Assembly: GCA_002269645.1 (NCBI GenBank)
Contig: NIVC01000245.1
Location: 558,001-622,000, forward strand
From: Macrostomum lignano
Taxonomy: Eukaryota
Direction of reading: 5' to 3'
DNA length: 64,000 bases
Made by a program: the position numbers and the translations under genes. Under the pieces are notes generated by a model that was not told the origin of the DNA, made no database searches, and saw only the letters and a list, made by a program, of their open reading frames with translations. This document shows, one piece after another, positions 40,675 to 53,466 of the stretch; the stretch's first letter is position 1, and each line of letters begins with the position of its first letter.

Positions 40675-41396
40675 GTGATCGTTTAGGCACTACTTTCTAC
40701 AGCAGCATCTAAATTGCCTAAAGGAGCAGGTAGTTTAAATAAAAACTATCAATGATCTAGTTGAGTGTTGATTTTTTTTCTCTAGCACTTTTATTAGCTG
40801 AGTTATGGCCCATCACGTGGTGATATCCATGAACATAAATTGCGATTTTCACCAGCTGCTGAAAGATAAAAGTTTAAAGCCACTAGGATTGGAGGGTCAG
40901 GGGTCAAACGGGGACACAACCGTTCTTGAAACATCTCAAGCAAAAGAATCAGATGTCACCACAATCATCGCAATCCTCCTCCTTCATTCCCTCAATGTAT
41001 TCGTCCTTGACGCCGATCACCTTTGCCCACTTCTTCGGGAGCTCGTTGATAGCCTGCCAATACACGGAGCGGAATTCCTGCGAGCGAAGCACGCGCATCG
41101 CCTCGACCTCCACTTGCGCGCGGTCGCTGCCAAGCACTCGACCCCGCATGAGCTGCTTGAATGCGCCAAATACTCTGTAGTCGCAGGGTGACATGTCTGG
41201 CGATCTGTCACCCGCAGCTAGTGAAATCGCAATTTATGGCCATAGATATCACCACGTGAGGGGCCATAACTCAGCTAATAAAAGTGCTAGAGAAAAAAAT
41301 CAACACTCATCTAGACCATTGATAGTTTTTATTTAAACTACCTGCTCCTTTAGGCAATTTAGATGCTGTTGTAGAAAGTAGTGCCCAAACGATCAC
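40675..41396 (-). mobile_element. Non-autonomous mariner-family deletion derivative with ~184 bp TIRs
   Basis: Arms 40675-40858 and 41214-41396 are near-perfect inverses; TA on both sides (40673-74, 41397-98); interior encodes a transposase C-terminus. Confidence 0.88.
40949..41205 (-). pseudogene. Mariner transposase C-terminal fragment
   Basis: SPDMSPCDYRVFGAFKQLMRG...INELPKKWAKVIGVKDEYIEG matches the mariner YSPD(L/M)xPxD and LPxxWxxV...YIE motifs; everything upstream of SPD is missing. Confidence 0.85.
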
Positions 41397-42002
41397 TATG
41401 GCAGAGCAGCTCAGGGGCTAAAGCGTCTGACTAACGCGCCAGATTATTGTGGGGCTTGTGTACAAAAGTTGGCCTACCTAGTGCTAATGCAATTGTACGT
41501 ACAGAGTGCGTATATGGCTGACGATGTCAAAGTCAAATGATTTACAGCAGCACATTTTGTAAGCTAATCTCTAAAACCTCACTATCAAACTGTTCCACCA
41601 CCTTTGATAACCATTCTCGTTTTTTATTTGGATCACATACTACACTTTTAGAATTCGCTCTACACGTAATTGTGCATACCCTGATATGGCGCCGCCATTC
41701 TGTACATGGACACATGTGGTAATGTAGCGCTAAGAGAGATAGAAATGAGAGGGCAAGAGGGGCGGTTTTGAGGGCACTCCCTTGCTGTACATCCATCTGG
41801 CAACGTGTGTGTCTGTCCGTGCCAGACCCTATCCGACCCCTCCCCTCCACTGTTATCCAGGTACGCAGGTGAATTGAATATATTGCTTGCTGCATAAATA
41901 GTCTAGCTAGCAAGTAGCCGGCGTACTCCAATCTAAAGCAAACGCAACAGCAGCGCGGTTAAACGCAAAATAAAGTAAAACGACAAGAAATCAATCGAAA
42001 AA

Positions 42003-45000
42003 ATGTCTTGCGGTAAGAGTCCATTCATTTAGCTGTTCTTGACTTGACTTGACTTATGCTCTACCAGTCCTTTTAGCGAAGCGAAAGTACTTTTATACTG
42101 TTTAAGGTTGCCGCTTTTATTCTTTTGACATGTAAGCTCGACCCTGCTTGTAAAATTTTCCAAAGGCATTTTGAAATGAAAATGAAAAGCAATGCACCTG
42201 ATGCTTTCATTTGTTGCTGATGATTAAACGTGAAAAAATATCTAAATTTTTGAAAGACTAGGACAACTAGTTATCGATAAGCATAACTACTCATGCATCA
42301 AACTATACGAAAAATTGACGAACTCTCCCCCTCTCAGAAAAATTTGTCGAATTCGGCAAAAGCGTTCTGGCTAGCGACTTTCCCCACGTGGCCTCAACCG
42401 GCGTGATCATGCTCAACTCCGGCTCTTTTGGTCTGTCACCGAAGTCCGTTATTGACAAGAAAATCGAGTAAGTAATTGCGTTTTCTGACAAATGATTGGG
42501 GACCAACAGATGTTGAAGCTGTGAAGTAATGAAATGCATTACCGAGATAAGCTCGTAGGAAATTATTTTATTTCCGGACTTCTGAACTTTTAAAATGTGT
42601 TAATCACAAGTCCATTGACATTGCTCGTGAAAATACTTCTTAACAACTGAAGACCAGCAAAAAGCAAAGCTACAGCAAAACTATCAGATATAGCTTCTTT
42701 TGTGTGTCGCATCTCTTTTAACTTTTTTTATCATTATCGTTCATAGATTTTCTGTAGAGTAAAATCCCATTTTATGCAATAGATCTACGTGAGATGAAAA
42801 AATCTGCTATACAACCCGGAGTATTATTTATTCAGCGTCTTCAATAATACGCTTTTGGGAAAATTAAAACATATATAACTTATGATTTTAAATGTCATTG
42901 GAGCCATTCAATTATCAAGTTGCTCATAAAGTAGCCCGATGGTTCCATAGTACCCCAGGTATCCCTGCATAGCAACATTATTTGGGGCTGGTGCAAGCCC
43001 AGTGTTGCCGTGTTGCGTGCGATTTACACCAATAAAGGCCAACCCTAAAGGCACGGAGAGTGTACATTCCTGTAGATTAGAAAGTCATGGCCGGTGTGCG
43101 TCGCCACCAGGCGAAGGGGATGGGGGACACGACCCGGTAAAAGCTATGCTTTGTCTCCTCGGCCCCACCTTGTGACCCGGTAATTCAATCATTTAGCTTC
43201 AGGGCACCACAATGAAGGCGCCAAAATGATATTCGATGGCGACGACCCTGCCGCTGTACACCCTTTTTGAGTGTCTTGGTTTGCGGCAGCGCCAAATGCC
43301 CCCCCCCCCGATTGTGAACTAAGGACAAGTGGTCCCTGTATGAGATCTGTCTGTCGATCGTGCCATCATTTTTATCTACCAAAACAGATGCATCCAAGAT
43401 TTCGAAAGCTACGGAGACAACTATGTCCGACAAAGTCTGCTTCGTCAAACTGAGGACAGCATAGAGGCGGTGGCGAAACTGCTGGATGTCCGTCCCGATC
43501 AGTGCGTCATAGTGGACAATGTGACTACCGGCATCTCCAACCTGCTGGACACAATCGTGCGCCCGGGTGACACCATTCTGGTCAACTCGTGGACGTACGG
43601 CTCGGTGAAAATGGCTGCCAGCCTATCTAGCGAAGTAATGACAAACCGAAATAGCGATGAAACAGACGTCAAGCCGAGTTCAGTCCAGGTTGTTGAGCTA
43701 GACATTGAGCTGCCGATCAAATCCGAGGAAGACATTATCGAACAAGTTAGGAAAACTTTGGAGCAGCGATCCGACATTCGAATTGCTATTTTAGGTTAGT
43801 TTTCTGGGCCTGATGTCTGTTGTGTCACAATATATTATTAACCCTTCAATGTCTTCTTGCTCAATCTGCTTCGATTCACATGGCCTGGGGGCTGGGGCCT
43901 TAACGATCCGTTTTTAAAACAAGCTGAGCAAATTGGAAGTAAATTTCGGCGGAGCAGAAAATCGATTTCCTGGGATGAAAATAATTACTGACACATATGA
44001 CACAAGGACACAGGTATTTTTATTAAACTATATGGCTGCCTCACTCCATCAGTAATTTTATTCTAGTAATACCAGGTAACATGGTACATCCATCCCATGT
44101 ACAAATTTCATCACGTGGCTGCTTTCCCACCATTAACTATCCACTCCTGCTCATCTTTGAATTAGCCTAAATCGCACTTCTCAAACATCTCAAACATCGG
44201 CAGATCACATCACCAGCTCCACAGCCTGCCTGATGCCGGTGCAGCAGCTAACGAAGCTGTGCCGCAGTCGCGGCGTTCTAGTCGTCATCGACGGCGCTCA
44301 CGCAATTGGCCAAGTTCCCGAGCTCGATATCGAATCGATTGGAGCCGATTTCTACGTTGGCAATCTGCACAAGTGGTGCTTCGCACCGAAATCTGCTGCC
44401 CTGCTGTGGGCCAGAGCGGATCGAATTGACAGCCTGCGACCGTCCGTGGTGTCCTGGCTGGTGCGTGATCATTTGGCGTCGATGCGCTTTGCTTTTTTGG
44501 GCACCCGTGACACCAGCAGCGTCTGCGCGGTTAGCGAGGCTGTCAGATTTGTGAAGCAGAGCTGCGGCGGACTGGTGAGAACACTGGCAGTGGGCTTGAG
44601 ATGGATTATACAAGGTAACCTTGCGTGTTGTAACCAGAAACTACCAGGCCTTAGAGGCAGGCACCTCGGAATAGGTACCTCCTTGGCGTTGAGATGTGTA
44701 GGCATGCACTTCCCCTGAAAAAGCTATAAATAGCATTATGTTCGAACTTGTTGTGTAACAACGCTAATACGAGAAAAAAAGAATTTAGTCTAACGAAGAA
44801 GGTGCACAGAGAGATATAATTTTTGCTATAAAGTGAAACAATCAATGGGGAACAAATATGGTTGAAACCTAGATCAATCAACCACCACCAAACAATAGAT
44901 GATAAATTTTATAATTACATTTCTCATTATAAAATGTTAGAAACGAATTTGAGAAGTCATGAAAAAAGTAAAAATAACTTAAGATTGAATCTCTAGCGGA

Positions 45001-48000
45001 ATCAGCGCCTGGACTGGCCGTCTCACCCGCTTCCAGCGTCGGGAACTCCCAGCTCAAGCAATGTGAAGAAGAACCTCAGCATCACAGCCTGGACGCACTG
45101 AAATTTTACATGTCGCAATTTAGCTTAGACTTGTTTATTATATCTTTGTTCGGGTGCCATATCCACGTAGAGTACAGGATTATAACTCACGTCGCATGAA
45201 GGTAAAAAATAAACAATATATAACTCATATGACATAGTAGGCTTTTAGCATAAGCCGACTCATTCTACGACAACTGCTCCAAAATCAAGGTGACAATCGG
45301 CAGTCATGAGCACGTGAAGATAAATGCACAGTTTGACTCCATATTATGGCCGTAAATTGCACTACAGAGGCCTGCCTTGTCAAGTAATCCCAATTTCCGT
45401 TCAAAAACTCTAAATCACTGCGACCGCGCGCGAAATAGAACCCATTGAACCCAGACAAGCAAGGCGCCAGACTCAAATACTCTCATTCAATTTGATGGGG
45501 TAGATTCGTGACAGTAAGAGAATTTCAATATTCACGACGGAGTATTGTTTTCATGTATCGCGAATTCTCTGTGTAAGGACTTTATTGAGTTTTATTGGTG
45601 TTATTCTAATAATCGAAACTCTTATTAGCTAATTGATTTCAAGACAAAAATGAGTGTCTGATATCCAACGGGACCTAGTATAGTACAATAGTATTTCCAA
45701 GACTGCGCGTTGCATGCAACACAGCCTTCGGGGCTTTCCTGACAACTTTTAATCCTGCATCATGCGTCTAGCGCGTGATTGAACATTAGTCAGTTGTATG
45801 CCTGCAGGTAATAGCATGCTTTCTACAGCTCCACCTGACGCAAAAAGAAGCCATCATCACGAAAATTGATTATTTGATTTAATAAGTGGTTCGCCATTTT
45901 GCTCACACACGAGGCCTGCCTTCTTCAAACAATAGCGGCCATAGTAGCAATTCAGTATCTACGAAATGTCTACTTTTCCCTATAATTTATCGAAGCGAAT
46001 GAAAGGGTCTGATAATTATCAGCTTTGATTGTCCTACAGCAAATTATTTTTGTTATACCTGGGTTACTTTTACGTCAAAAAAGACGACGATATTTTGTAC
46101 TGGCTGGCAGACCTTAGTGAAATTGAATCGGCTCTCTGATTATTATTTTTGATTAGTACATCAAAATCTAGAATCTTTGCGTGTAATTAATTGCGATCAC
46201 ACAGCAGCCTCATGGCTCATTTTCTTTTGTTGAAAATTGGGACATCAAAAAGTTTTCTAAGTACGCTCTTTCCTGGGTAAAAACTCATTTTCACAAGTAT
46301 GTTAAGAACTCTTCAATTAAAAAAACATCTTTAAAAGAAATCCGAAGCCATATGCATGTGTCGGATACTAGCGCAGGATTGCCGGGATATTTTGCATCGC
46401 AAAGCTGTTGCACCGATTAAACTGCAAAGTTAATTGTGTGGCTTCAAATAATGAATGACTTCCGCAGCATTTACTGCCTTCAGTGCCGGAAGACCTAGGG
46501 CTTCCTGATTGCATTAAGTCGGAGCCTAACAGTTTTTTTTTCAGCTGCGAGACTTTAGAGCTGAAGTTGCTGGTACAATTTTTCTAATGAAAATCTGACG
46601 CGATTGAGTATTTCGTTTTCTAATGATTCTAATATTTCCTGTTTTTTCAAAGCTGCTCAGTCGATCAAGTATTCCACTTCTATTCATTTACTTCATTAGC
46701 TCGTACTGATATCATTCCCCACCTTGTCTCTATTCAATACTGCAACCACCTCACTCCTGCAATCATTTCCAACCCTGTCTCTATTCAATACTGCAACCAC
46801 CCCACTCCTGCAATCATTCCCAACCTTGTCTCTATTCAATACTGCAACCACCTCACTCCTGCAATCATTCCCAACCCTGTCTCTATTCAATACTGCAACC
46901 ACCTCACTCCTGCAATCATTCCCAACCCTGTCTCTATTCAATAGTGCAACCACCTCACTCCTGCAATCATTCCCAACCCTGTCTCTATTTAATAGTGCAA
47001 CCACCTCACTCCTGCAATCATTCCCAACCCTGTCTCTATTCAATAGGGCAACCACCTCACTCCTGCAATCATTCCCAACCCTGTCTCTATTCAATAGCGC
47101 AACCACCTCACTCCTGCAATCATTTCCAACCCTGTCTCTATTCAATACTGCAACCACCCCACTCCTGCAATCATTCCCAACCTTGTCTCTATTCAATACT
47201 GCAACCACCTCACTCCTGCAATCATTCCCAACCCTGTCTCTATTCAATACTGCAACCACCTCACTCCTGCAATCATTCCCAACCCTGTCTCTATTCAATA
47301 GTGCAACCACCTCACTCCTGCAATCATTCCCAACCCTGTCTCTATTTAATAGTGCAACCACCTCACTCCTGCAATCATTCCCAACCCTGTCTCTATTCAA
47401 TAGGGCAACCACCTCACTCCTGCAATCATTCCCAACCCTGTCTCTATTCAATAGCGCAACCACCTCACTCCTGCAATCATTCCCAACCCTGTCTCTATTC
47501 AATAGGGCAACCACCTCACTCCTGCAATCATTCCCAACCCTGTCTCTATTCAATAGCGCAACCACCTCACTCCTGCAATCATTCCCAACCCTGTCTCTAT
47601 TCAATAGCGCAACCACCTCACTCCTGCAATCATTCCCAACCCTGTCTATTCAATACTGCAACCACCTCACTCCTGCAATCATTCCCAACCCCGTCTCTCT
47701 ATTCACTAGTGCAACCACCTCACTCCTGCAATCATTCCTAACCCCGTCTCTCTATTCACTAGTGCAACCACCTCTCTCCTGCAGCTTGCTCCTCAAAACT
47801 CGCCAATTGCAGGCTCGCATTCAGGCCTACTGCAGTCGGCTGGCTGATGAGGCGTCCCAGCATCTCGCTACAGCGTGGAACTCGCACAAGCTTCCAATCC
47901 CAGCCAATATGGAGGCGCCATTCATGCGTCTGATTGCTCTGCCGAAGCATCTGCAGTGCCGTGAAATTCTAGATATGGTTAGTGTCCCGACTTATAATTT

Positions 48001-48702
48001 TCTAAATTCTTGAAAGGGAGTTTGAGTTGAATAGATATTTTTTTAAATGAATAGCATTTACTGTACCCTCTTATTCCCTGTGGATAAGGAGAATATGTTA
48101 TTTTTTCGTCAACAAAAGCTTTTTTAATAGAAAAACCGACTTTCAAGAGTCAGTGACTCCTCTTACTCCTCAAACTCAATGAAAAAATTCTTGACTGAAA
48201 TTCCATAGCTTTGAAGCTAAACGATGCAGCTAGCCTATTCAGGTTTGTTTGATCCGTTTCTGCTTCAGACAGAGCTTCTAGAAGCGTTTATTATTTAAGC
48301 CTACTACTATTGCCAGTAGTAGATGCTATATGTAGCTCCTAAGGATAAAGAGTGTAAAAAATTTCGATTTTTGTTATTTTCTGATATAGTAGCTGAATTG
48401 ACCCTTCAAGGTTGCAATCCCACAAAAGGACCAGGGCTGTAGAAGCTCTACACGCAGTCCGATCGGGTTTTACTTTTCTAGAAATTTACTTTTATTCGAC
48501 TTTGCAGACAAACGAGTACCGAATGATGAGTCCCATGTGGCACTTTCTACTCAATAAACTTAAAATGAATTTACTTCTGATGAACATTCAAGACACTCTA
48601 TACGTCCGCATCTCCTGCTCGATTATTGTTGATATGGACAATATTCGGAAGCTGGCTGACATCATCATGAAGCTGACGAAGGATGACTTTTTGAGTCCAT
48701 AG
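42003..48702 (+). CDS. PLP-dependent aminotransferase class V enzyme, Egt2 (hercynylcysteine sulfoxide lyase)/LCD/CefD-like, ~425 aa; exons 42003-42012, 42338-42467, 43388-43794, 44204-44574, 47813-47977, 48508-48702
   Basis: FG..LNSGSFG, VDNVTTGISNLL, TYGSV, LDHITS, IDGAH, GNLHKW (PLP lysine), GTRD and YVRIS motifs. All five junctions are GT-AG with consistent phases (1,2,1,0,0). Confidence 0.88.
46710..47785. repeat. 51 bp tandem repeat, ~21 copies, in intron 4 of the lyase gene
   Basis: GTCTCTATTC at 46726 and 46777 (period 51); 17 aa periodicity in three ORFs. Confidence 0.97.
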
Positions 48703-49464
48703 TCAGTCGAACTACAACCTTTAGCCTGCGCTTATACTTAGGACAAATCAGATAGAAAGAACTAAAAGTTAAGCCCTCATAATTACAATGCTGATGAACT
48801 TTCAAGTTTTAAATAATTATTAGATTTTTTGCAATATTGACACTTTTATTCCAGCTTAATATTTTTACAGACAGTGAAGTAATTTTTTTAGCAAAATAAA
48901 AATCTGTTGTCTGTAGCAATAACGTTCGCATCTACGAGCGTAAAGTTATGTTGCTCTATTTTTTCATTGATCAATTTATTCAATCAGGACAACGTCAAAA
49001 AGCAGTTCAAGAGGAAGAAGTGTACAGCTCCCATGCCTACTCATGATCGTGTATCAAGAGCATGTGCTTACGGGCAGATAATGACATGTGAGTAATGCCG
49101 TGAAAATAGTGTCACAAAACGGAAGGACAGATCATTAATAATCGAAAAATAGTAAATTTCAGTGATAATCTAAATCTTAAGAATTTATATATCAGAGTTT
49201 TGCGAGAGTCCTATTGTGGGTTCATAATTATAGAGTCTTGATCCGCTTTATACTGGATATTGAAGCATCATATCCTGAATGAAAATAAACCGGAATTGAG
49301 GCCCAAAATCGGATGGAACTAGACTAATAAAATCGGAACTGAAAAAAAACATTTAAACTTGGACTAAAAAAGGACCAGGTGGGTAATATTGTGATGAATC
49401 AAATAATACGAGCGTATATATGCATTTTTAAGCCGATTCAATGTTTCGAAGAACGAAAGAATGT

Positions 49465-52076
49465 TTAATAATAGTCGTAAAGGGCAAATCCACTAATGCT
49501 GCGATTTTCGCTGTTGCATCGTTCACCCCTGCTCGGGTACTTGCCGGTGTTGCTTCCAGTGCAATCCGTGAGATAGGTGACAGCGCCACTTGACGAAGAG
49601 GTGCACGTAGAGCAATCGGAAACTTTTTTACTTGCTCCAAGTCGAGGTGCGTAACCTCTACCGTCAGGTTGCTTTTCATTTTTTCGTTTTCTTCTGGCTC
49701 GAACTCGAAGCAGCAGTTCATATGCAGCTTCAATCACTTCGAAAAGAATCATTACGGACATTCCTAAGTACAAGCCGAGAATACCGCCCGTGTCGCTTAC
49801 GAAATTGCCAAACTTGTATGCCCATGTGCGCACAATGCGTCTCAGACTGCCCCGGCTGACGCTAAAATGTAGTCGGACAAATGCCTCATCCAGATAGTCA
49901 TTGAGAACGCGTTTGTCTTCACTGGAGTTCCACTGGGTCCTGTTAGCCAATTCGAATAGAAATTCCAGACCGGGTTCCTTTGAAAGGCTGCTGCATTCGC
50001 CTTTTAGGCTCTGAACAAATCGTGCGGCAGCCTGCCGACCGGGAAATCTGGCGCTGGAAATGTCCACTTTGTATCTCATCTGAAAAAATGAGCCACGTTT
50101 AATAACACTTAAATGCTACCTTCTGAATTGTTTAAGATGACTTTTTAATTTAATATGCTTATGACTGTTTAAAAAGAATAAATTTTACCCGTTCAATCAC
50201 AACTCGGCTTTCAAGGAGGCTTCTGGCAAACTTTTATTTCAAGTCAAAGCGTGAATGTATCTATGTACTCTTTATTTCCCAAAGCTTAGTTACAGCTAAA
50301 AAGCTTCAAAGACAAAAACTCACTCACCTCTCCGCAAGCACTTTTACTTGCACAATTTTGCACAACTTTCTTGCCAATATGAAGACTTAGCACCGGACCT
50401 TTCCTATAGAGCAATTTGATAAGCTCTTCTACTGCTTCAGGAGGCAATCCGGTGAGATTGTAGGCGTACTCCAATTCGTTAGGCAGTTGGCTCAGGCTAC
50501 GATTGAACAGCTCCGGTAGTTTGGAACTCTGGCGCTCCCACTCGGACACAATGCAGGCAAAGTAGCTGTACTGGTAGGTGCGCAGTCCGCCGGTGTACGG
50601 GTCACGAAAACGAGGCAGCGTCAGCTCAGGAGAGTCCTCGTTAACACACTCGTTAGAAAATTCCTCATGATCGCGATAGTCCTCTTCGGCGTACAAACTC
50701 ACCTGGTGGTAAGCGCCTGGCGACAGAAGAAAGTTGGCGACAAATTGGCTGGGGTAGTGGCCGCGAGGTGCGAGAAATACCCGAAGACCCGGACTGATGT
50801 AGGCTGGCGATTCAGACAGTGACCTGATGAATGAATGAGGGTTGAACAATTTCTTTTCAATGAAAATCAGAATTAGATTTCAATCTCATATATTTACACT
50901 GTTAGTTTATTGCGTCGAGGTGTTTTTTTTATTTTCATCCTTACTCAAATAAAGAGTCACAATTTAAATGAATAAAATTGATCGCTTACTGTTTCTTATA
51001 CAATCTACTTCATACTAAGGCCCATATAGCCAACTTAAACCTATAAACAGCAGCTGTACCGAATGGAGTACTATATTTTATGGTCATTCACATTTCTTAC
51101 CAGTCCCATAGTTGCATAGACTCGCTGCCGTCAGGCAAGAAAAGCTTCCGCACTCGCTCCTTACTGTTCCAAGTTGACTTCAATCGTTCATTAGCTGGAT
51201 CAAGAAACATCAGCAGTTCTACCCCTGTGTTTGAATCCGAACTGGTGCACTGAAGAGCATCCGCTGCCTCTGGGGACAGTGTGAGCCGGAAACAGGACGG
51301 ATGCACGTGATGGTAGAACGGCGTCACTTGAACGCTTTCGCGAGCGTCGCCAACAACGGGTACTGTGCTACGAAACAAAGCATAGATTATACTTTGCCTT
51401 TGTTGCGCTCCAATCCAATCGGCCCATAGACGATAGGGCAGAGAGTGAATCGCATAGTGAGAGGCCCAGTGGGGAATGTACTTGCGCTGCTTCGGATTGG
51501 TGACGACGCGGCCAAGAATAGGTTGGACCATTTGCAAGCTTGCATCTAGGTGCCTGTTGATTTCCCTGACCTGTCAGATGGTTGGATAAGGAAAAGAGTC
51601 ATTTGCATGCATAAATCTACAGGTAAAAGACGTTGGAAGAGAGTGCTTTACAACTGAGGGATTTCCCTATAGCCGTGAAAAACGATGGAAATGATTCTGC
51701 TCTCAAAGTTTCTTACCTGACTGTCATTAAGCAACTTGTGAAGCGAACCGGACACTGGATGGTTGTTGCAGAGGTACACGTCGGGAAACTCGAACTCGCC
51801 AGTCTGGTCAAAGTGTGTTGCTATTTCTCCAGCCCATAGTCGATTAAAAATATTGGTCAAGTTCAATAAAAATGCGCATACGCAAAGGGCACATACTGCT
51901 ACCCACATCAGTCTGATCCAGGTGTGCTTGGCTTGCACGATTCTGGCAAGGCCGTGAGCGTAGGAACGTCTCATTGCTGCCTTCATCAGAGGCAGAACTT
52001 CGGAGCGAAACGACTGCTCACTGAGCTGCTCAACGCTCTGCTGATTTTGCAGAATTTTTTCTTCTTTTTTCTCCAT
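49465..52076 (-). CDS. DEG/ENaC (ASIC/FaNaC/pickpocket-family) channel subunit, 646 aa; exons 52076-51717, 51570-51101, 50823-50328, 50079-49465
   Basis: Pre-TM1 HG motif (SYAHGLARI), TM1, FPDVYLCNNHP, GLRVFL, C..E.RY...ISSARFP, TM2 SDTGGILGLYLGMSVMILFE. Exons sum to 1941 nt with consistent phases (0,2,0). Confidence 0.92.
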
Positions 52077-53466
52077 CAGGAGGCTAGTTGGGCATCAACG
52101 ACTAGTTGCATGTGGAGTGTCTGGGAAGTCAATTTATACAATATCCCAGTATAACAAGTTACCCTTTATCAGAAAATTTTTGCTCACCGTCTCTAGATTG
52201 TGGGATCCAATATTTACCCGAGATAAATGAGACGAAAAGCAAGGGAAAAAAGCTACTTTTATACCCCGTACCGTCATCGCTATTTGACCTGGTTCACTGC
52301 GTCAAATTAAATGCGTGCATCAAACAATATGGAAAATGTTGAGCACCAGGTACAGCGCACCTATGGTTGAATAATTCCACTGATTTTCACCGATAAGACG
52401 AATTCATTACGCAGATAAGAGTGTACCGAAACAGAGCGGAAGGACTTACGATTTGCTCACGTCAGCTTGGCGTAGTCAAATTTTCTAATTAAAACATGGT
52501 GTTAAAGGTTAAGAGAGTATGCTCTTAAGTCTTAGATGCATTAAATTTAACATTTCTAGCTTTATTGGTATAATTTTTGCTACCGAAAATTTAGAAGTCT
52601 TGAAATTGTACTTAGTAGAGAGTATATTTTATGGAGTTTTGGCTTTTTCCCATGAACATCGATAGATAAATTATAAATAATTTAAAAAGCGTCTCCTATA
52701 TATGCCTGTTTGAAATTGTGATAAGATAATTACGCACAGTCTATTTCATTCGAGTTCTTCATCAAAAAGGAGAACTTATTTGATTAGATTGGACTTCGAC
52801 TTAAATTAGTGCTTTCCAAAGAGCAGCCGCTAAAGCGATAGCGGTATGGGTAGAAGCACTGTTTGCTCGCGTGTCTACACATAAGAAAACCTTATCCGTT
52901 TTTAGTACTGTTGCATTCAATTTGTAAAACACTTGATTTACAATAACCCATTTTTTTGCTCTGGAGTACATCTTTGCGGCTCTTTGAGTTCAGAGAAAAA
53001 TGCGCAACTGGCGTGATAACGTGCGATTTTTGGTCTGATGTTAGCAAACAAAAACCTTGACCCCACCCTCGCCTCACAAACTTTAGTCTTAATAGTCCTA
53101 AAAGTTCAGTCTTAACTGCACTCATGCTCTATCTGAGCAATGTAAAGGCTGTGTTAAGTTTTGAAGGTAACCGTGATAAAAAAGTAATTATACCGTCGAA
53201 TCTTTTTTCAAATCTTTATTTTACCAGATTTTACCCTGATAAATAGTTTTTCTGTCTTTCCTCAGGAACCCCTGGAAATAGACATAGACATAAAGTTATA
53301 TTGGTTGAATAGGCTCTAGTCTGAAAGCAAATTTTGCAGTCCGATCCATTAACACTTAAAATATCAGTCTTAACTTAGAGAATCTCGGTGCTGTCGGAAT
53401 TCGTTCGAATTCAAGAATAATCAAGGCATGGTCTAACCGCGTTTGCACTGTCCAGCATTATCAAGC

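Noticed and set aside
45027-45097. 71 bp antisense exon-like segment (TTTCAG...GG|GTGAGA) in the lyase intron
   Set aside because: No partner exons or recognisable peptide; splice-like signals alone are insufficient.
46696-47741. 306 aa and 265 aa repeat ORFs
   Set aside because: Translations of the 51 bp tandem repeat.
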